Shown here piece by piece: positions 35,678 to 48,350 of a DNA stretch of 64,000 nt. The stretch is from Mobula hypostoma (Eukaryota): assembly GCF_963921235.1 (NCBI RefSeq), contig NC_086097.1, positions 1,612,001-1,676,000 on the forward strand, written 5' to 3'. The position numbers were made by a program, and so were the translations under genes. Under the pieces are notes generated by a model. That model did not search any database and was not told where the DNA came from. It saw only the letters and a list, made by a program, of their open reading frames with translations. Position 1 is the stretch's first letter. Each line of letters begins with the position of its first letter.

Positions 35678-38600
35678 ATAGAAACATAGAAAATAGGTGC
35701 AGGAGTAGGCCATTCAGCCCTTCGAGCCTGCACCGCCATTTATTATGATCATGGCTGATCATCCAACTCAGAACCCCGCCCCAGCCTTCCCTCCATACCC
35801 CCTGACCCCCGTAGCCACAAGGGCCATATCTAACTCCCTCTTAAACATAGCCAATGAACTGGCCTCAACAGTTTGCTGTGGCAGAGAATTCCACAGGTTC
35901 ACCACTCTCTGTGTGAAAAAGTTTTTCCTCATCTTGGTCCTAAAAGGTTTCCCCTCTATCCTCAAACTGTGACTCCCCGTTCTGAACTTCCCCAACATTG
36001 GGAACAATCTTCCTGCATCTAGCCTGTCCAATCCCTTTAGGATCTTATATGTTTCAATCAGATCCCCCCTCAATCTTCTAAATTCCAATGAGTACAAGCC
36101 CAGTTCATCCAGTCTTTCTTCATATGAAAGTCCTGCCATCCCAGGAATCAATCTGGTGAACCTTCTTTGTACTCCCTCTATGGCAAAGATGTCTTTCCTC
36201 AGATTAGGGGACCAAAACTGCACACAATACTCCAGGTGTGGTCTCACCAAGGCCTTGTACAACTGCAGTAGTACCTCCCTGCTCCTGTACTCGAATCCTC
36301 TCGCTATAAATGCCAGCATACCATTCGTCTTTTTCACCGCCTGCTGTACCTGCATGCCCACTTTCAATGACTGGTGTATAATGACACCCAGGTCTCGTTG
36401 CACCTCCCCTTTTCCTAATTGGCCACCATTCAGATAATAATCTGTTTTCCTATTTTTGCCACCAAAGTGGATAACTTCACATTTATCCACATTAAATTGC
36501 ATCTGCCATGAGTTTGCCCACTCACCCAACCTATCCAAGTCACCCTGCATCCTCTTAGCATCCTCCTCACTGCTAACACTGCCACCCAGCTTCGTGTCAT
36601 CCGCAAACTTGGAGATGCTGCATTTAATTCCCTCATCCAAGTCATTAATATATATTGTAAACAACTGGGGTCCCAGCACTGAGCCTTGCGGTACCCCACT
36701 AGTCACTGCCTGCCAGTCTGAAAAGGTCCCGTTTATTCCCACTCTTTGCTTCCTGTCTGCTAACCAATTCTCCACCCACACCAATACCTTACCCCCAATA
36801 CCGTGTGCTTTAAGTTTGCACACTAATCTCCTGTGTGGGACCTTGTCAAAAGCCTTTTGAAAATCCAACTATACCACATCCACTGGTTCTCCCCTATCCA
36901 CTCTACTAGTTACATCCTCAAAAAATTCTATGAGATTCGTCAGACATGATTTTCCTTTCACAAATCCATGCTGACTTTGTCCGATCATTTCACCGCTTTC
37001 CAAATGTGCTGTTATCACATCCTTGATAACTGACTCCAGCAGTTTCCCCACCACCGACGTTAGGCTAACCGGTCTATAATTCCCCGGTTTCTCTCTCCCT
37101 CCTTTTTTAAAAAGTGGGGTTACATTAGCCACCCTTCAATCCTCAGGAACTAGTCCAGAATCTAACGAGTTTTGAAAAATTATCACTAATGCATCCACTA
37201 TTTCTTGGGCTACTTCCTTAAGCACTCTAGGATGTAGACCATCTGGCCCTGGGGATTTATCTGCCTTCAATCCCTTCAATTTACCTAACACCACTTCCCT
37301 ACTAACATGTATTTCACTCAGTTCCTCCATCTCACTGGACCCTCTGTCCCTTACTATTTCTGGAAGATTATTTATGTCCTCCTTCGTGAAGACAGAACCA
37401 AAGTAATTATTCAATTGGTCTGCCATGTCCTTGCTCCCCATAATCAATTCACCTGTTTCTGTCTGCAGGGGACCTACATTTGTCTTTACCAGTCTTTTCC
37501 TTTTTACATATCTATAAAAGCTTTTACAGTCCGTTTTTATGTTCTCTGCCAGTTTTCTCTCATAATCTTTCTTCCCTTTCCTAATTAAGCCCTTTGTCCT
37601 CCTCTGCTGAACTCTGAATTTCTCCTAGTCCTCAGGTGAGCCACTTTCGCTGGCTAATTTGTATGCAACTTCTTTGGAATTGATACTATCCCTAATTTCT
37701 CTTGTCAGCCACGGGTGCACTACCTTCCTTGATTTATTCTTTTGCCAAACTGGGATGAACAATTGTTGTAGTTCATCCATGCAACCTTTAAATGCTTGCC
37801 ATTGCATATCCACCGTCAATCCTTTAAGTGTCATTTGCCAGTCTATCTTAGCTAATTCACGTCTCATACCTTCAAAGTTACCCCTCTTTAAGTTCAGAAC
37901 CTTTGTTTCTGAATTAACTATGTCACTCTCCATATTAATGAAGAATTCCACCATATTATGGTCACTCTTACCCAAGGGGCCTCTCACGACAAGATTGCTA
38001 ATTAACCCTTCCTCATTGCTCAAAACCCAGTCCAGAATAGCCTGCTCTCTAGTTGGTTCCTCGACATGTTGGTTCAAAAAACCAACCCGCATACATTCCA
38101 AGAAATCCTCTTCCTCAGCACCTTTACCAATTTGGTTCACCCAGTCTACATGTAGATTGAAGTCACCCATTATAACTGCTGTTCCTTTATTGCACACATT
38201 TCTAATTTCCTGTTTAATACCATCTCCGACCTCACTACTACTGTTAGGTGGCCTGTACACAACTCCCACCAGCGTCTTCTGCCCCTTAGTGTTACGCAGC
38301 TCTACCCATATCGATTCCACATCTTCCCGGCTTATGTCCTTCCTTTCTATTGCGTTAATCTCTTCTCTAACCAGCAACGCCACCCCACCTCCCCTTCCTT
38401 CATGTCTATCCCTCCTGAATATTGAATATCCCTGAACGTTGAGCTCCCATCCCTGGTCACCCTGGAGCCATGTCTCTGTGATCCCAACTATATCATAGTC
38501 ATTAATAACAATCTGCACTTTCAATTCATCCAGTTTATTACGAATGCTCCTTGCATTGACACATAAAGCCTTCAGGCGCTCTTTTACAACTCTCTTAGCC

Positions 38601-39430
38601 CTTGTACAATTATGTTGAAAAGTGGCCCTTTTTAATGCTTGCCCTGGATTTGTCGGCCTGCCACTTTTACTTTTCTCCTTAGTACTTTTTGCTTCTACCC
38701 TCACTTTACACCCCTCTGTCTCTCTGCACTGGTTCCCATTCCCCTGTTGTGAACTAACCTCCTCTCGCCTAGCCTCTTTAATTTGATTCCCACCCCCCAA
38801 CCATTCCAGTTTAAAGTCACCTCAGTAGCCGCCGCTAATCTCCCTGCCAGGATATTGGTCCCCCTAGGATTCAAGTGTAACCCGTCCTTTTTGTACAGGT
38901 CACGCCTGCGCCAAAAGAGGTCCCAATGATCCAAAAAATTGAATCCCTGCCCCCTGCTCCAATCCCTCAGCCACGCATTTATCCTCCACCTCATCGCATT
39001 CCTACTCTCACTATCGCGTGGCACAGGCAGTAATCCCGAGATTACTACCTTTGCGGTCCTTTTTCTCAACTCCATTCCTAGCTCCCTATATTCTCCTTTC
39101 AGGACCTCATCCCTTTTCCTACCTATGTCATTGGTACCTATATGTACCACGACCTCTGGCTCCTCACCCTCCCACTTCAGGATATCTTGGACATGATCAG
39201 AAATATCCCGGACCCTGGCACCAGGGAGGCAAACTACCATCCGGGTCTCTGGACTGCGTCCACAGAATCACCTATCTGACCCCCTTACTATCGAGTCCCC
39301 TATCACAACTGCCCTCCTCTTCCTTGCCCTACCCTTCTGAGCTACAGGGCCAGACTCTGTGCCGGAGGCACGGTCACTGTCGCTTCCCCCGGGTAAGCTG
39401 TCCCCCCCAACAGTACTCAAACAGGAGTAC
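35678..39430 (-). mobile_element. Young CR1-type LINE: ORF1 SGNH esterase end plus complete ORF2 frame (APE+RT)
   Basis: VVIGDSIVRG/HIGTND esterase; ORF2 frame 38800-35768 has no frameshift and only three nonsense codons (37625, 37136, 36869); TTCTATGT-type tail. Confidence 0.93.
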
Positions 39431-40454
39431 CTGTTAAACTGTGGGAGTAACTCAGTGGGTAAAAGCATGCAGACACGGTCAAGAGGCTCAGTTGTTTTTC
39501 AGACCGAACATCAGAATGGGGAAGAGATGTGATCAAGGTCAGTGGGTCACATGGCCCTCAGGGGCCGTGCTGAACTGTAGGGCCCATAAGTAAAAAGAAA
39601 ACAAGAAACTAGGAGCCTCAGGTTCTGAATGGACCATGAGATATTTACTGTTTCCATGAAATATTACTAAAATATACAAATAAAAAATAAATTAATATGT
39701 GTAATTTCATTGGAACCCTGAATGAAATGATTAGGAAAATATGCTAGGAGCACACACACAAAATGCTGGAGGAACACAGCAGGCCAGGCAGCATCTATGG
39801 AAAAGAGCACACAGTCGACATTTTGTGTGTGGGGTGCTTGGATTTCCCGCATCGGCAGGTTTTCTCTTGTTTGTGAGAGGAAAATACGCTAGGTTATGCA
39901 AATGAGGCCGTTTAACAGTTTAGTGAGTGTGTTTCGCAGGGTGGGAGGGGAGTGCAGTACATCAATCACCGTTCACCCCGCTCAGCCCCGTTCCTCATCC
40001 CCACCCCCAAATCACCGGTGGGGTGTGGAGTGGGGCTGCTGCTGTTTGCCTTGCGTGTTATAATGCAACAGTCACGGCAGCAATATTGGACGTCACGAGT
40101 TTATGCAATTTCCTTCACTGGTCACTCTTAAAATAGAATTGAAAGATGACGATCTGATTGTGTATCTCGATCATTTGAAACAATTGCACACTGATATGGA
40201 ATTTCAGTGCAGAGACCTACTGCAGGTGCATTTCCCAGATTGGGTTATGGATCCATTTCGGGTGAACGTGAATGATATCGGCACCACGTTGCAAGAGTGT
40301 CTGATTGAGCTGGAGAGTGATACAACAGCTCGAGCAAAATTCAAATGCAGCAAGCAAAGTTTCTGGATAACTAGTGATAATCAAAATATGTTTCCACAGC
40401 TCTGGGAGAATGCAAAGTTGTTTATAATTGGATTTCCAACCTCTTATCTAGATG

Positions 40455-41047
40455 ACAGACAAGAGAAAATCGACAGATGCTGGAAATCCAAACAACACGC
40501 ACAAAATGCTAGAGGAACTCAGCATCTATGAAAAATAAAAGTGGGAGATCCCACTTCTTCTGGCAGCCAGAGTGTAGGTGCTTGGCAAAGCAGTCTCCCA
40601 ATCTACCTCGGTCTCACTGAGGCCACACCAGGAGCACTGAACACAGTATATGAGCCCAACAGACTCACAGGTGAAGTGTTGCCTCACCTGGAAGGACTGT
40701 TTGGGTCCCTGGATGGTAGTGAGGGAGGAGGTGTAGGGGCAGGTGTAGCACTTGTTCTGCTTGCAAGGGTAAGTGCCGGGAGGGAGATCAGTGGGGAGGG
40801 ACGAATGGAGAAGGGAATCGCACAGGGAGCAATCACTGTGGAAAGCAGAAAGTAAGGGCGGAGGCGAGGAAGAGGGAAAGGTGTGCTTGGTGGTGGGATT
40901 TCGTGGAGATGGCAGAAGTTCCGGAGAATTACGTTCTGGACTTGGAGACAGGTAGGGTGGTAGGTGAGGACAAGAGGAACCCTATCCCTGGTAGGATGGT
41001 GGGAGGATGGGGTAAGAGCAGACACGTGTGAAATGGAAGAGATGTGG
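40455..41047 (-). mobile_element. Penelope-like element fragment inserted in the hAT transposase
   Basis: DRVPLVLTYHP motif and a terminus like that of the 44854 element. Confidence 0.75.
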
Positions 41048-42150
41048 TTAGAAACATAGAAAACCTACAGCATAATACAGGCCCTTCGGCCCTCAATGCT
41101 GTGCCGAACATGTACTTACTTAGAAATTACCTAGGGTTACCCATTGCCCTCTATTTTTCTCAGCTCCATGTACCTATCCAGGAGTCTCTTCAAAGACCCT
41201 ATTGTATCTGCCTCCACCACTGTCACCGGCAGCCCATTCCACGCACTCCCCACTCTCCGCGTAAAAAACTTACCCCTGACATCTCCTCTGTACCTACTTC
41301 CAAGCACCTTAAAACTGTCCCCTCTCGTGATAGCCATTCCAGCCCTGGGAAAAGGCCTCTGACTATCCACATGATCAATGCCTCTCATCATCTTATACAC
41401 CTCTATCAGGTCACCTCTCATCCTCCGTCGCTCCAAGGAGAAAAGGCCGAGTTCACTCAACCTATTTTCATAAGGTATGCTCCCCAATCCAGGCAACATC
41501 CTTGTAAATCTCCTCTGCACCCTTTCTATGGTTTCCACATCCTTCCTGTAGAGAGGCGACCAGAACTGAGCACAGTACTACAAGTGGGGTCTGACCAGGG
41601 TCCTATATAGCTGCAACATTACCTCTCGATTCCTAAACTCAATCCCACAGTTGATGAAGGCCAATACACCGTATGCCTTCTTAACCACAGAGTTAACCTG
41701 CGCAGCAGCTTTGAGTGTCCTATGGACTCGGATCCCAAGATCCCTCTGACCCTCCCACACTGCCAAGGGTCTTACCATTAATGCTATATTCTGCCATCAT
41801 ATTTGACCTATCAAAATGAACCACCTCACACTGATCTGGGTTGAACTCCATCTGCCACTTCTCAGCCCAGTTTTGCATCCTATCAATGTCCCATTGTAAC
41901 CTCCGACAGCCCTCCACACTATCCACAACACCCCCAACCTTTGTGTCATCAGCAAATTTACTAAACCATCCCCCACTTCTTCATCCAGGTCATTTATAAA
42001 AATCACAACGAGTCAGGATCCCAGAACAGATCCCTGAGGCACACCGCTGGTCACCGACCTCCATGCAGAATATGACCCGTGTACAACCACTCTCTGGCTT
42101 TTGCAAGCAAGCCAATTCTGGATCCTCAAAGCAAGGTCCCCTTGGATCTC
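41048..42150 (-). mobile_element. CR1/HER1-type LINE 3' part (same family as 8106-9915 and ~42990-43350)
   Basis: ERVQRRFTRMLPGLGS...RMRGDLIEVYKMMRGID; (TTCTATGT) tail. Confidence 0.88.
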
Positions 42151-43523
42151 CTTGGTTGAGGGTAGCGTTGATGGTAGAGGAATGGAAAAAGGAGAACATT
42201 TCCAGAATGAAGATGGAATATTATATATATTATAAATAAAGTATCCTATTCAGAGCTTTGAAATAGTTTTATTTTTTAATATACATCTGTAACATTAAAT
42301 TTAACATTTAATAATACCTACAACCTGTTAAAAAAATATTGACTGTATATTAGACTAGTACAGTTGAACAAACAAAACTTCAGCAACTAATGGAGGGTGA
42401 GTATCACAGCAGTAAATGAAAGTCACAAGTGGGCCATGAGCAGAAAATGGTTGAGAGCCACTGATCCAGGGGGGTTCTCTGGATCACTGTTGGTGCCAGA
42501 TGGGGTGGTTTGAGTATCTCAGAACCTGCTGACCTCCAGGGAATTTCATGCACAATATTCTCTAGTGTTTACAGAGAACGGTGTGAGAAAAAAAATCACC
42601 CAGTGAGTGGCAGCTCTGTGGGCAAAAACACCTTGCTAATGAGAGAGGTCAGAGGAGAATGGCCAGACAGGAAGGCGACAGTAACTCAAATAATCACGTA
42701 TTACAACAGTGGTGTTCAGAAGAGCATCTCTGTATGTACAACACCTCGAACCATGAAGTGGATGGGCTACAGCAGAAGAAGATCACAAACATACAAGCAG
42801 TGCCCATTTTATTAGGTACAGGACACACCGTGATTGTAGAACATTAGAGCAGACACAGGGCCTTTGTTCACAATGTTGTGCTGACCTCCTAACCTACTCT
42901 ACGGTCAATCTAACCCTTTCCTCCCACACAGCCCTCCATTCTTTCTCTCATACATGTACCTATCTTTGAGTTTCTTAAATGTCCTTATTAGGTGTATAAG
43001 ATGATGAGAGGCATTGATCGTGTGGATAATCAGATGCTTTTTCCCAGGGCTGAAATGGCTAGCGTGAGAGGACACAGTTTTAAGGTGCTGGGGAGTAGGT
43101 ACAGAGGAGATGTCAGGGGTAAGTTTTTTTACGCAGTGAGTGGTGAGTGTGTGGAATGGGCTGCCAGCAACAGTGGTGGAGGCGGAAATGATAGGGTCTT
43201 TTCAGAGACTCCTGGACAGGTACATGGAGCTTAGAAAAATAGAGGGCTATGGGTAACCCTAGGTAATTTCTAAAGTAAGTACATATTCAGCACAGCATTG
43301 TGGGACAAAGGGCCTGTATTGTGCAGTAGGTTTTCTATGTTCTATGTTCTATCTGCTTCTACCACAAACCCTGACAGTGTTCACCATACTCTCACATTTC
43401 CCATAAGTTCGATTAGTCACCTTAAAATTGTGCCTGCTTGTATTTTCCATTTCCACCTTGGCTTGGAAGAAAGAAGAGTGAAGTCTCTTGATATCCATTC
43501 CACTGCAATATGAAGCATCAGCA

Positions 43524-44155
43524 AATGTCACTGGACACAGCAACGACCATGGTCCTGACAACATTCTAATGTCATTGGACACGGTAAAGGCCCGGGCCCA
43601 ACATGGCATTGGACACGATAAAGGCCTGGGCCCGACATGGCATTGGACATGGTAAAGGCCCGGGCCCTGACAACATTCTAATGTCATTGGCCATGGTAAA
43701 GGCTCGAGGCCTGACAACATTCTAATGTCATTGGACACGGCAACGACCATGATCCTGACAACATTCTAATGTCATTGGACACGGTAAAGGCTCGAGGCCT
43801 GACAACATTCTAATGTCATTGGACACGGTAAAGGCTCGAGGCCTGACAACATTCTAATGTCATTGGACACGGCAACGACCATGATCCTGACAACATTCTA
43901 ATGTCATTGGACACAGTAAAGGCTCGAGGCCTGACAACATTCTAATGTCATTGGTCACGGTAAAGGCCCAGGCCCTGACAACATTCTAATGTCATTGGCC
44001 ACGGTAAAGGCTCGGACCTGACAACATTCTAATATCATTGGCCACGGTAAAGGCCTGGGCCCGACATGGCACTGGACATCGTAAAGGTCCAGACCCTGAC
44101 AACATTCTAATGTCATTGGCCACGGTAAAGGCCCGGGCCCGACAACATTCTAATG
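43524..44155. repeat. Minisatellite of ~16 units: 44-bp CCTGACAACATTCTAATGTCATTGGACACGGTAAAGGCTCGAGG plus 34-bp variants; orphan units at ~47496-47550
   Basis: Direct inspection. Confidence 0.92.
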
Positions 44156-44951
44156 TGCTGTACTATTCTAGGTTCTATGTGTTATTAGAAGGGCAGCCAG
44201 GATAGGAAAGAAGTTAAAAAAGTAAAGATAGCGTGCAGTCAGACTGTCAGGAATGGCAGGCAAGTGATGGGACCTAGTTGTAGCCAATAGGCTGAGTATC
44301 AAAACATTAGGGATGCAAAATCAGGAACGACAGCAAATACGGTACTCAAGGTGTTGTATCTAAGTGCGCATAGTGTAAGAAATAAGATGGATGATCTTGT
44401 TGCAATATTACAGATTGCCAGGTATGATGTTGTGACCATCACTGAATTGTGGCTGAAGGATGGTTGTAGTTGGGAGCTGAATGTTCAAGGTTACACGTTA
44501 TATCAGAGGGACAGAAAGGTGGGCAGAGGGGCTGGTGCGGCTCTGCTGGTAAAGAATGGCATCAAATCAGTAGAAAGATGTGACATAGGACCGGAAGACA
44601 TTGAATCCTTGTGGGTTGAATTAAGAAACTGCAAGGGTAAAAGGACCCTAATGGCAGTTATATACAGGCCCACCGACAGTGGCTGGGATGTGGACCACAG
44701 ATCACAACAGGAAATAGAAAAGGCGTGTCAAAAGGGCAAAGTTATGGTAGTCATGGGAGATTTTAACATGTAGGTCGATTGGGAAAATCAGGTTGGTAAT
44801 GGAGAGATGGCTTTTTAGAGCAGTTTGTCATTGAGCCTACCAAGGAATCAGCTTAACACGAGGAAATCTGCAGATGCTGGAATTGCAAGCAACACACATC
44901 AAAGTTGCTGGTGAACGCAGCAGGCCAGGCAGCATCTATAGGAATTGGTAC

Positions 44952-44987
44952 AGTTGATGTTTCGGGCCAAGACCCTTCATCAGGACT
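44952..44987 (-). ncRNA. Minimal hammerhead ribozyme motif, second copy
   Basis: Minus strand AGTC-CTGATGA-A-GGGT-CTTG-GCCC-GAAAC-ATC-AACT; a CpG-decayed version of the same motif. Confidence 0.6.
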
Positions 44988-45853
44988 AACTGAAGGAAGA
45001 GTTAGTAAGAGATTTGAAAGTAGGAGGGGGAGGGGGAGATGCAAAATGATAGGAGAAGACAGGAGGGGGAGGGATGGAGCCAAGAGCTGGACAGGTGATT
45101 GGCAAAAGGGATATGAGAGGATCATGGGACAGGAGGCCCAGGGAGAAAGAAAGGGGGAGGGAGGAAGCCCAGAGGATGGGCAAGGAGTATAGTGAGAGGG
45201 ACAGAGGGAGAAAAAGGAGAAAGAGAAAAAGAATGTGTGTATATAAATAAACAACAGATGGGGTACGAGGGGGAGGTGGGGCATTAGCGGAAGTTAGAGA
45301 AGTCAATGTTCATGCCATCAGGTTGGAGGCTACCCAGACGGAATATAAGTTGTTGTTCCTCCAGATAGACATGTCAGAATAGGGATGGGATGTGGAATTA
45401 AAATGTGTGGCCACTGGGAGATCCTGCTTTCTCTGGCGGACAGAGCGTCGGTGTTCAGCAAAACGGTCTCCCAGTCTGCGTCGGGTCTCGCCAATATATA
45501 GAAGGCCACATCGGGAGCACTGGATGCAGTATATCACCCCAGCCAACTCACAGGTGAAGTGTCGCCTCACCTGGAAGGACTGTCTGGGGCCCTGAATGGT
45601 GGTAAGTGAGGAAGTGTAAGGGCATGTGTAGCACTTGTTCTGCTTACAAGGATAAGTGCCAGGAGGGAGATCAGTGGGGAGGGATTGGGGGGGGATGAAT
45701 GGACAAGGGAGTAGTCGCGTAGGGAGCGATCCCTGTGGAAAGCGGGTGGGGGGGTGAGGGAAAGATGTGCTTAGTAGTGGGATCCTGTTGGAGGTGGCGG
45801 AAGTTATGGAGAATAATATGTTGTAATATCTCTTACTATCTCTTTTTTCAGTT

Positions 45854-45889
45854 AGTCCTGACGAAGGGTCTCAGCCCGAAACGTCAACT
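45854..45889 (+). ncRNA. Minimal hammerhead ribozyme motif in the Penelope terminal repeat
   Basis: AGTC-CTGACGA-A-GGGT-CTCA-GCCC-GAAAC-GTC-AACT: CUGANGA and GAAA core boxes, stem II GGGU/GCCC, GUC cleavage triplet, stem I AGUC/AACU with one mismatch. Confidence 0.7.
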
Positions 45890-47644
45890 GTACCTCTTCT
45901 TATAGAAGCTGCCTGGCCTGCTGCGTTCACCAGCAATTTTTATGCGTGTTGCAAGGAACCAACTATACTGGATTTGGGTGTTACGTAGGGAACTTAAGGT
46001 AAAAGAAACCTTAGGAACCAGTGATCACAGTATGATTGAGTTCAACGTGAAATTTGACAGGGAGAAAGTAGAGTCTGATGTAGCAGTATTTCTGTGGAGT
46101 AAAGGAAATTACAGTGGTATGAGAGAGGAGTTGGCCAAAGTAAATTGGAAGGAGCTACTGGCAGGGATGACAGCACAGCAGCAATGGCGTGAGTTTCTGG
46201 GAAAAATGAGGAAGGTGCAGGACATATGTACAGTATTCCAAAAATGAAGAAATACTCACATGGTAAAATAGTACAACCATGGCTGACAAGGGAAGTCAAA
46301 GCTAATGAAAAAACAAAAGCAAAAGAAAGGGCATACAACAAAGCAAAAATTAGTGGGAAGATAGAGGATTGTGAAGTTTTTAAAACCTACAGAGAGCAAC
46401 TAAAAAAATCATTAGAAAGGAAAAGATGAAACACGAAAGCAAGCTAGAAAATAATATCGAAGTTGATAGTAAAAGCTTTTTCAAGTATGTTAAAAATAAA
46501 AGAGAAATGAGAGTGGATATAGGACCGCTAGAAAATGAGGCAGGAGAAATAATAACACGGAAGAAGGAGATGGCTGATGAACTAAATGAGTATTTTGCAT
46601 CAGTCTTCACTGTGGAAGACACGAGCAGTATGCCTGATGTTGTAGTGTGTGAAGGGAGAGAAGTGGGTGCAGTTACTTTTACAAGACAGAAGGTGCTCAA
46701 AAAGCTGAAAGACCTAAAGGTACATAAGTCATCTGGACCAGATGAACTGCATCCCAGTGTTCCGAAAGAGGTAGCGTTAGAGATTGTGGTGGCATTAGAA
46801 ATGATCTTTCAAAAATCATTGGACTCTGGCATGGTGCTAGAGGACTGGAAAATTGCAAATGTCACTCCACTCTTTAAGAAAGGAGGAAGGCAGCAGAAAG
46901 GAAATTATAGACCAGTTAGCCTGACCTCAGTGGTTGGGACGATGTTAGAGTCAATTGTTAAGGATAAGGTGATGGAGTACTTGGTGACACAGGACAAGAT
47001 AGGACAAAGTCAGCATGGTTTCCTTCAAGGATAATCCTGCCTGACAAACCTGTTGGAATTCTTCTTTGAGGAGATTACAAGTAGGATAGATACAGGGGAT
47101 GTAGTAGATGTTGTATATTCAGACTTAAAGAAGGCCTTTAACAAGGTGCCAGACATGAGGCTGCTTACCAAGTTAAGAACCCATGGTATGATAGGAAAGT
47201 TACTAACATGGTTAGAGCATTGGCTGATTGGTATGAGGCAGTGAGTGGGAATAAAAGGATTCTTTTCTGGTTGGCTGTCAATGACTGGTGGTGTTCCGCA
47301 GGAGTCGGTGTTGGGACCACTTCTTCTTATGCTGTATATAAATGATTTAGATGATGAAATAGATGGCTTTGTTGCAGATGATACAAAGATTGATGGAGGG
47401 GCGGGCAGTGTGGAGGAAATAGGTAGGATGCAGAAGGATTTAGACAAATTAGGAGAATGGAAAAGAAAGTGGGAAATTAGGAGAATGGGAAAGAAACATT
47501 CTTATGCCATTGGACACGGCAAAGACCCAGACCCTGACAACATTCCAGCATCATCATAGCCGATTTGTGCCCCTGTACTTGCCGCACTATTTCCAGCTGC
47601 AACCTGGTGATGACTTGACAATGTAGATCATTGTCCAGGTTTGT

Positions 47645-48350
47645 CAATAGACAATAGGTGCAGGAGTAGGCCATTCGGCCCTTCGAGCCAGCACCGCCAT
47701 TCACTGTGATCATGGCTGATCATCCACAATCAGTATCCAGTTCCTGCCTTATCCCCATAACCTTTCATTCCACTATCTTTAAGAGCTCTATCCATCTCTT
47801 TCTTGAAAGCATCCAGAGACTTGGCCTCCACAGCCCTCTGGGGCAGAGCATTCCGCATATCCACCACTCTGGGTGAAAAAGTTTTTCCTCAACTCCATTT
47901 CTAAATGGCCTACCCCTAATTCTTAAACTGTGGCCTCTGGTTCTGGACTCACCCATCAGCAGGAACATGCTTCCTGTCTCCAGCGTGTCCAATCCCTTAA
48001 TAATCTTATATGTTTCAATAAGATCCCCTCTCAGCCTTCTAAATTCCAGAGTATACAAGCCCAATCGCTCCAATCTTTCAACATATGACAGTCCCACCAT
48101 CCCGGGAATTAACCTTGTGAACCTACGCTGCACTCCCTCAATAGCAAGAATGTCCTTCTTCAAATTTGGAGACCAAAACTGCACACAGTACTCCAGGTGT
48201 GGTCTCACCAGGGCCCTGTACAGCTGCAGAAGGATCTCTTTGCTCTTATACTCAACTCCCCTTGTTATGAAGGCCAGCATGCTGTTAGCTTTCAGTGACT
48301 GATGTACAAGCACACCCAGATCTCGTTGTGCTTCCCCTTTTCCTAACCTG
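47645..48350 (-). mobile_element. CR1-type LINE 3' fragment
   Basis: LLQLYRALVRPHLEYCVQFWSP...RGDLIETYKIIKG. Confidence 0.88.

Larger units (their letters stand above)
39540..42463 (+). mobile_element. Internally deleted hAT (Charlie/Buster-type) DNA transposon
   Basis: Transposase C-terminal remnant ...PDWVMDPF...LIEL...FW...FPQLWENAKLFIIGFPTSYL (40103-40450). Right TIR GGTTGAGAGCCACTG 42449-42463; left end starts CAGTGG. Degenerate 8-bp TSD ATCAAGGT/ATCCAGGG. Confidence 0.82.
35628..42822 (+). mobile_element. Tc1/mariner-derived element in three pieces (~35628-35676, ~39437-39539, ~42464-42822)
   Basis: The terminal motif GCCACTTTATTAGGTAC at the start recurs degenerately near 42802-42819. 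N-terminal transposase HTH remnant SISEPADLQGIS...RKATVTQIITYYNSGVQKSIS...KWMGYS. Confidence 0.75.
44854..45951 (-). mobile_element. Penelope-like element: GIY-YIG endonuclease remnant with inverted terminal repeat
   Basis: GVIYCIQCSRCGLLYIGETRRRLGDRFAEH (GIY-YIG). About 130 bp at ~44885-45012 is inverted at ~45828-45951. 13-bp TSD CAAGGAATCAGCT (44841-44853) / CAAGGAACCAACT (45952-45964). Confidence 0.9.
44160..47495 (+). mobile_element. CR1-type LINE ORF2 segment (APE to RT), 3'-truncated, inserted in the 44-bp array
   Basis: YDVVTITELWL, ESLWVELRN, MGDFN, NEYFASVFT, NYRPVSLTSVVG, FVADDTK. Confidence 0.88.

Noticed and set aside
40103..40531. Domesticated ZBED/FAM200-like gene
   Set aside because: Only a C-terminal hAT fragment, cut by a Penelope insertion and lying inside TIR/TSD-bounded DNA.
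43524..44155. CRISPR-like array (palindromic repeat with variable spacers)
   Set aside because: The variable parts are only ~13 bp and recur, there are no cas genes, and the context is vertebrate. It is a minisatellite.
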